In this document: one piece after another, positions 59,032-64,000 of the stretch | Layout of the letters: every line of letters begins with the position of its first letter | Numbering within the stretch: the stretch's first letter is position 1 | Source of the DNA: an uncultured Pelagibacteraceae bacterium | GTDB taxonomy: Bacteria > Pseudomonadota > Alphaproteobacteria > Pelagibacterales > AG-422-B15 | DNA: 64,000 nt | Direction: 5' to 3' | NCBI GenBank assembly: GCA_902564025.1 | Contig: CACEZK010000001.1 | Span: 69,819-133,818 of the forward strand | Made by a program: the position numbers and the translations under genes | The notes under the pieces: model-generated | What the model was told of the DNA's origin: nothing | What the model saw: the letters and a program-made list of their open reading frames with translations, nothing else | Database searches by the model: none

Positions 59032-60945
59032 TTAACTTGTTTGAGGTTTAGGCTTGAAACTAGGACCAATGGGAGCTGATTTTCCACTTTTAGGAACAGA
59101 TGGTCCAGCATTATTAATCTCTTCTTCAGGATTGGATCTGTCAATCTTACCCTCTTTTAATAATGTAGTTATTTCATCTCCATTTAAAGTTTCATATTCA
59201 ATTAAACCTTTTGCAAGAGCATGCAAATCGTCTATTTTTTCATTTAAAATTTTCTTTGCTAAATCATAACAACTATCAACAATTTGCCTTATCTCTGAAT
59301 CTATAAGTTTAGCTGTTTCTTCAGACACATTTTGATGTCTTTGTACTGATCTTCCTAAAAATACTTCTTCCTCATTTTCACCATATTGTAATGGTCCTAA
59401 TTTTTCGCTCATTCCAAATTTAGTCACCATATTTCTAGCCATCTTGGTTGCCATTTCGATATCTGATGAAGCACCAGAAGTAACTTTTTTGTCACCAAAG
59501 ATTATTTCTTCAGCAACTCTACCGCCCATAGCAACTGTGATATCTGCTAACATTTTTTCCCTAGGTAAAGATAATTGGTCTCTTTCGGGCAACCTCATTA
59601 CCATTCCAAGGGCTCTGCCTCTTGGTATTATTGTTGCTTTATGTATTGGGTCTGAAGCGGATTGATTTAATGCAACAACAGCGTGGCCTCCTTCGTGGTA
59701 AGCGGTAAGTTCTTTTTCTTCTTGGCTCATAACAAGAGATCTTCTTTCTGACCCCATCATTACTTTGTCTTTTGCTTCCTCAAAATCTACCATAGTAACA
59801 ATTTTCTTATTTTTTCTTGCTGCCAACAATGCTGCTTCATTTACAATGTTAGCTAGATCAGCACCAGAAAAACCAGGTGTACCCCTTGCTATTGTTCTAA
59901 TATCTACATCAGGCGCGACAGAGATTTTTTTAATATGAACTTTCAGAATTGCTTCTCTGCCTAAGATATCTGGATTAGGAACAACAACCTGTCTGTCAAA
60001 ACGACCTGGTCTTAATAGGGCGGGATCAAGTACATCTGGTCTGTTAGTCGCGGCAACCAAAATAATACCTTCCTGAGTATCAAATCCGTCCATCTCAACT
60101 AAAATCTGATTAAGTGTCTGTTCTCTCTCATCATTACCACCACCAAGGCCTGCTCCACGGCTTCTTCCAACAGCATCAATTTCATCAATGAAAATTATGC
60201 ATGGTGCATTTCTTCTTCCTTGCTCGAACATATCCCTAACTCGAGACGCTCCAACACCAACAAACATTTCAACAAAATCAGAACCCGAGATTGTAAAAAA
60301 AGGTACACCGGCCTCCCCTGCTACAGCTCTAGCAAGCAATGTCTTTCCTGTTCCTGGAGGGCCAATTAGTAAGGCACCTTTTGGAATCCTACCACCAAGT
60401 TTTTGAAATTTTCTTGGATCCTTTAAAAACTCAACAATTTCAACAAGCTCTTCTTTTGCTTCATCTATTCCAGCTACATCATTAAAAGTAACTTTATTTT
60501 TATTTTCAGTTAGTAATTTGGCCTTAGATCTTCCAAACCCCATTGCTCCTCCTCTTCCACCTTGCATCTGACGCATGAAAAAAATCCATACACCAATAAG
60601 TAAGAGCATTGGGAACCAGGAAATTAAAACCCCAAGAAGTGATGGATAACCGTCGTCTAGTGGTGCAGCTGATATGTTTACACCTCTATCATTAAGTCTA
60701 TCAACGAGTGTTGGGTCATTAGCGGCATAAGTTTTAAAAGATCTACCATCTTCAAAAGCTCCGTTGATATTATTACCTCGAATAATTACATCTTTAATTG
60801 AGCCTGCTTCAACTTCATCTAAAAATTGTGAGTACGTTAAATCAACAGTATTTCTGTCACCACTAGTGTTACTAAATAAATTAAACAGTCCAAAAACGAT
60901 TAAAGCAATAAAGAGCCAAAGAACTATATTTCGCAAATTCATCAT
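59032..60945 (-). CDS. ftsH: ATP-dependent zinc metalloprotease FtsH
   Basis: Two transmembrane helices, Walker A '[11 protein letters not shown]', 'IIFIDEIDA', second region of homology and zinc motif 'HEGGHAV'. Confidence 0.97.
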   Translation of the reverse strand: MMNLRNIVLWLFIALIVFGLFNLFSNTSGDRNTVDLTYSQFLDEVEAGSIKDVIIRGNNINGAFEDGRSFKTYAANDPTLVDRLNDRGVNISAAPLDDGYPSLLGVLISWFPMLLLIGVWIFFMRQMQGGRGGAMGFGRSKAKLLTENKNKVTFNDVAGIDEAKEELVEIVEFLKDPRKFQKLGGRIPKGALLIGPPGTGKTLLARAVAGEAGVPFFTISGSDFVEMFVGVGASRVRDMFEQGRRNAPCIIFIDEIDAVGRSRGAGLGGGNDEREQTLNQILVEMDGFDTQEGIILVAATNRPDVLDPALLRPGRFDRQVVVPNPDILGREAILKVHIKKISVAPDVDIRTIARGTPGFSGADLANIVNEAALLAARKNKKIVTMVDFEEAKDKVMMGSERRSLVMSQEEKELTAYHEGGHAVVALNQSASDPIHKATIIPRGRALGMVMRLPERDQLSLPREKMLADITVAMGGRVAEEIIFGDKKVTSGASSDIEMATKMARNMVTKFGMSEKLGPLQYGENEEEVFLGRSVQRHQNVSEETAKLIDSEIRQIVDSCYDLAKKILNEKIDDLHALAKGLIEYETLNGDEITTLLKEGKIDRSNPEEEINNAGPSVPKSGKSAPIGPSFKPKPQTS

Positions 60946-61037
60946 AATAAAGATATTGATATTATTAGATAATTACTATTTTTCAGCATACAAGAAAATA
61001 TATCAATAAAATTTAACATTATATTCAATAGCTTAGT

Positions 61038-62123
61038 CTAGTAATGCTCGATAAATTTTGTCCAATTTTTAGAAATGGCCAAATTTTTAGTCTTATTAGG
61101 TTTAGATATGTTGTTCTCAGAATGAATATTTACCACTCCCTTCTGCCCAACAAATGTGCAACTATTTAATGTACGCTTAAAGCTTTTTTCTTTCACAATT
61201 GAATTTATCAATTCTTGTACTGATCGCGATCTAGGTACTTTATTACTTTTTCCAGCAAATCTGCACAGTTTTACAAGTACTCTATGTTGAATTTCTTCGG
61301 GTAAGTTTATAAATTCCTGAGACTTAAAACTAATAATTTTCTTTTGATTGAGTTTTACTTGTTCTTCTAAGTAATTACTAACTGCAGTATTAATTGCGGT
61401 ATCTGCGCTTTTTAAATTCTTTAAGACGTTTTTAAACCTAACTTTACTGAGACCTTCATGTATTAATTGTTGAGATAACTTTCGAATACGAGACCTATCA
61501 TACTTATTATTATAATTCGTTCTGTCGTTTATATAAACTTGCTTTTGCTCAGATAAATATGCAACAAGAGATTTTTTTGAGTACTCGAGTAATGGCCTAA
61601 CTAAAATTAACTTTGTATTCTTATATCTAGATTTTACTTTTAATGATGAAAGTCCTTTTACACCACTGCCCCTTATTAATCTCATTAAAAAATTTTCTAT
61701 TTCGTCATCAAGATGATGAGCTGTTAATAAGAATTTAATTTTTTTCTTATTACAATATTTTGATAAGGCCTCATATCGAAGTGTCCTTGCCTTGGAAAGG
61801 GTATTAGAGCTGTTGATCTTTTTTTTTAATTTAGTTGAGTAGAAGTTAATTTTATTCTTTTTTGCGACTTTTTTTAACCATACAATTTCTTTTGATGACT
61901 CTGCTCTAATTCCATGATCAATACTTAATGCAGTTAAATTAATATTATTATTTAATGCATATCTATTAGACAAATGCATGAGCGCTAAACTATCTGGACC
62001 ACCAGAAACTGCTACAGCAATATCTGAATTAACTCGAAGTTCTCTCATCTTTGCTTCGAAATCTTGATTAGTTATTTTTACGACTTTTTTATGATTAATT
62101 GGCTTAACTAATTTCACAGCCAT
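61038..62123 (-). CDS. tilS: tRNA(Ile)-lysidine synthase
   Basis: PP-loop 'IAVAVSGGPDSLAL' and 'HHLDDEIENFLMRLIRGSG'. It occupies the conserved position between cpoB and ftsH. Confidence 0.85.
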   Translation of the reverse strand: MAVKLVKPINHKKVVKITNQDFEAKMRELRVNSDIAVAVSGGPDSLALMHLSNRYALNNNINLTALSIDHGIRAESSKEIVWLKKVAKKNKINFYSTKLKKKINSSNTLSKARTLRYEALSKYCNKKKIKFLLTAHHLDDEIENFLMRLIRGSGVKGLSSLKVKSRYKNTKLILVRPLLEYSKKSLVAYLSEQKQVYINDRTNYNNKYDRSRIRKLSQQLIHEGLSKVRFKNVLKNLKSADTAINTAVSNYLEEQVKLNQKKIISFKSQEFINLPEEIQHRVLVKLCRFAGKSNKVPRSRSVQELINSIVKEKSFKRTLNSCTFVGQKGVVNIHSENNISKPNKTKNLAISKNWTKFIEHY

Positions 62124-63150
62124 TTTTTTCGATTTCTAATTTACCCCTGTCTAATACAGCAGTATTCGCGTTTGGATAGGTATCCTGTAATTGTATAAAA
62201 GTTACACACCCTTGTTCTTTTTGGTCCATATTTACTAAAGATATTCCGAGTTTTAAAAGTGCATCTGCGGCTTTCTTTGAGTCTGGATAAACTTGGTATA
62301 GGCTTAAATAATTTTTAGCGGCGTCTTTATAATTTTCTCTAACATAATAAGTTTCTGCTAACCAGAAGTTTGCGTTGCTTAAAAGACTGGAATCATTTCC
62401 GACAGTCATAAATTCTTGAAATGCTTTTTCAGCAAGTTCATAGTCACCTTGCTTGAGAAGACCCATTGCGTATTCATATTGACCTTTTTCATCTCCTTCA
62501 GGCAACACCGCTAGTACAATTTCTTGTTCTTCAAAAGCGACAATATTATCCTGAGAAATGGTATCTATAATTTCTTGCTCCTCTTCTTCATCAACTTTTT
62601 TGATTTCAAATGGAGAAGTAGACAACTCCTCTTCTGCAGACACATTTATTGTTCCAAGTGACTGAGGTTCTAAATTTACTTCCCCACTCGTGTTACCTAC
62701 TAAGTTATTAGTTTGTGTTTCATTATTGGGTAATGCCATAGATAATTGGTTTTTTTCTATACTTTCAGTTTTAGAATTTATATCGATAAACCTAAATTCA
62801 GTATCTTCTCTAAATGTATTAAAATTATTTACTGTAGATTGCATTGTAAATATCATTTCTTCGATTTTTGCTGTCAGTGTTTGAACTTCATTTTGTAATT
62901 CAGCTATCTGAATAGATTGTTTTGTAATAATTGATTGGTAATCATCAAGACTAACATTATTGCCAACGCCAGAGGTCGTTTTGCTAAATGTTGCCTTTTC
63001 AAGAACCTTTATTCTGCTTTCAATTGAGTCTAATTTTTGCAACAACTGGTCTACATCTAGTTCTTCAGATTGAACATGAACAATCTGTACTAAAGAGATA
63101 AGGATAGAAAAGAAAATAAATTGAATTCTTTTGAGCATTAAATTAATCAA
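62104..63150 (-). CDS. cpoB: Tol-Pal system protein YbgF/CpoB
   Basis: Signal sequence, N-terminal coiled coil and C-terminal TPR-like repeats ('YEYAMGLLKQGDYELAEKAFQEF', 'FWLAETYYVRENYKDAAKNY'). It follows pal. Confidence 0.7.
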   Translation of the reverse strand: MINLMLKRIQFIFFSILISLVQIVHVQSEELDVDQLLQKLDSIESRIKVLEKATFSKTTSGVGNNVSLDDYQSIITKQSIQIAELQNEVQTLTAKIEEMIFTMQSTVNNFNTFREDTEFRFIDINSKTESIEKNQLSMALPNNETQTNNLVGNTSGEVNLEPQSLGTINVSAEEELSTSPFEIKKVDEEEEQEIIDTISQDNIVAFEEQEIVLAVLPEGDEKGQYEYAMGLLKQGDYELAEKAFQEFMTVGNDSSLLSNANFWLAETYYVRENYKDAAKNYLSLYQVYPDSKKAADALLKLGISLVNMDQKEQGCVTFIQLQDTYPNANTAVLDRGKLEIEKNGCEIS

Positions 63151-63210
63151 ACATAACCTTAATTAAAAGATTAAGCTTATCTTTTTGTCTAAAAAAAGGC
63201 GTCTAATAAA

Positions 63211-63726
63211 TTAGTTGGTTCTTACTGTTACAGAACGTCTATTTTGAGCCCATGCTTTATTATTAGATGCACTGTTAACTGGTCTTTCCTTGCCAAAACT
63301 AATAGTAGTAATTCGACTAGCACTTATGCCCTGCGTCATTAAATAATCTTTTGCTGCATTTGCTCTTCTATCACCTAGGGCTAAGTTATACTCTCTTGTA
63401 CCCCTTTCGTCAGCATGACCTTCAATAGCAATAGTTACTGATCCATTTGCCTTTAACCATTTTGCTTGTTTAGCTAAAGTTGCCTGAGCTGCGCTTGTTA
63501 GTGAATAACTATCATATGCAAAGAACACTCTGTCCGGCACATCAACAGCAAGCATTTCTACTGTATCAGTACCAACATAAACTCCATCTACGACTTCGAC
63601 TTTAGAAGCTGAACTTGATGATGATGTAGATGCAGTATCTTGCGGTGTTGTAGTACATGCAGCTAGAATGATTGCTGCAAAAGATAAAACTAAAAACCTA
63701 TTTAAATTTTTAAATGTTAATAACAT
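63211..63726 (-). CDS. pal: Peptidoglycan-associated lipoprotein Pal (OmpA family)
   Basis: Lipobox 'AIILAAC', OmpA-like domain 'IEGHADERGTREYNLALGDRRANAAKDYL' and 'GKERP'. ATG at 63726 (MLLTFKNL...) has GGGAG upstream and is preferred to the track start at 63756. Confidence 0.88.
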   Translation of the reverse strand: MLLTFKNLNRFLVLSFAAIILAACTTTPQDTASTSSSSSASKVEVVDGVYVGTDTVEMLAVDVPDRVFFAYDSYSLTSAAQATLAKQAKWLKANGSVTIAIEGHADERGTREYNLALGDRRANAAKDYLMTQGISASRITTISFGKERPVNSASNNKAWAQNRRSVTVRTN

Positions 63727-63847
63727 TATAAACTCCCGTAATATTTGATCGCCCAAGTCCTAGTACTTTATTAATTTAAGTTACGCAAGTCTATAATAAA
63801 ATAGCTGCGAATTGATTAAAATGGTCCTATTTTAGTCGAAAAATTGC

Positions 63848-64000
63848 CTATTGTATCAATTTCGACCATGATGGGTCTGACGCATCAACTGGAGTTTCAA
63901 GCTTTCTCTCATTAAATCCTGTAAGATCAATTGACCAGATTGCCGAGGAATGGCCCTGACCTGCATCATTAGACTTAGTTTCTCTATAAAATATCAAAAC
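63848..64000 (-). CDS. tolB: TolB, C-terminal fragment (5' end lies outside the window)
   Basis: The minus-strand frame is open from the window edge to TAG (63848-63850). It reads ...IFYRETKSNDAGQGHSSAIWSIDLTGFNERKLETPVDASDPSWSKLIQ*, a TolB-like beta-propeller tail ('DPSWS'), upstream of pal. Confidence 0.75.
   Translation of the reverse strand, partial: VLIFYRETKSNDAGQGHSSAIWSIDLTGFNERKLETPVDASDPSWSKLIQ

Overview
The window is a very AT-rich (about 30% G+C by eye), almost fully coding stretch of a streamlined marine alphaproteobacterial chromosome, SAR11/Pelagibacterales-like in composition and synteny. Many genes overlap by 1-20 nt. I saw no rRNA, CRISPR, transposase or integrase, and the only regulator in 64 kb is sigma-32. 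Housekeeping blocks in order: smc tail and atpI-B-E-F'-F; thrB-rnhA; prx; thrC-SURF1-ctaE-ctaG-(34-aa ORF)-ctaB-ctaD-ctaC; tldD; an acyl-CoA ligase/Ntn-acylase/GMC oxidoreductase/gamma-CA-like operon; LPS-type glycosyltransferases; mnmA, cysQ, pyrC; nadABC; dimeric-type GlyRS; sppA, ispB, aroC, ispA-xseB, an HDAC-like gene, tsaC; then rluD, rpoH, purA, glmM, folP, ftsH, tilS, cpoB, pal and the tolB tail. Three tRNAs have anticodons CAU, GAG (Leu) and UCG (Arg). The most interesting region is 39.4-53.1 kb, a compact island for trimethylammonium compounds. It holds a BKACE / L-carnitine dehydrogenase / gamma-butyrobetaine hydroxylase operon. Diverging from that is an aldehyde dehydrogenase / acetoacetyl-CoA synthetase / second BBOX-like dioxygenase / short HD-domain protein operon. 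A ProXWV betaine-type ABC transporter, an EamA transporter and a true BetA choline dehydrogenase complete it. The BBOX-like dioxygenase and the HD protein are translationally coupled (ATGA overlap). They look like a TmpA/TmpB (PhnY*/PhnZ-type) oxidative C-P cleavage pair that would yield glycine betaine plus phosphate. All island routes plausibly converge on glycine betaine. Smaller items are two unannotated small ORFs (a 34-aa membrane peptide inside the cta cluster and a 38-aa lipoprotein with its own terminator), a perfect 14-bp palindrome in the island's divergent promoter, and a GC-rich hairpin between proX and proW.
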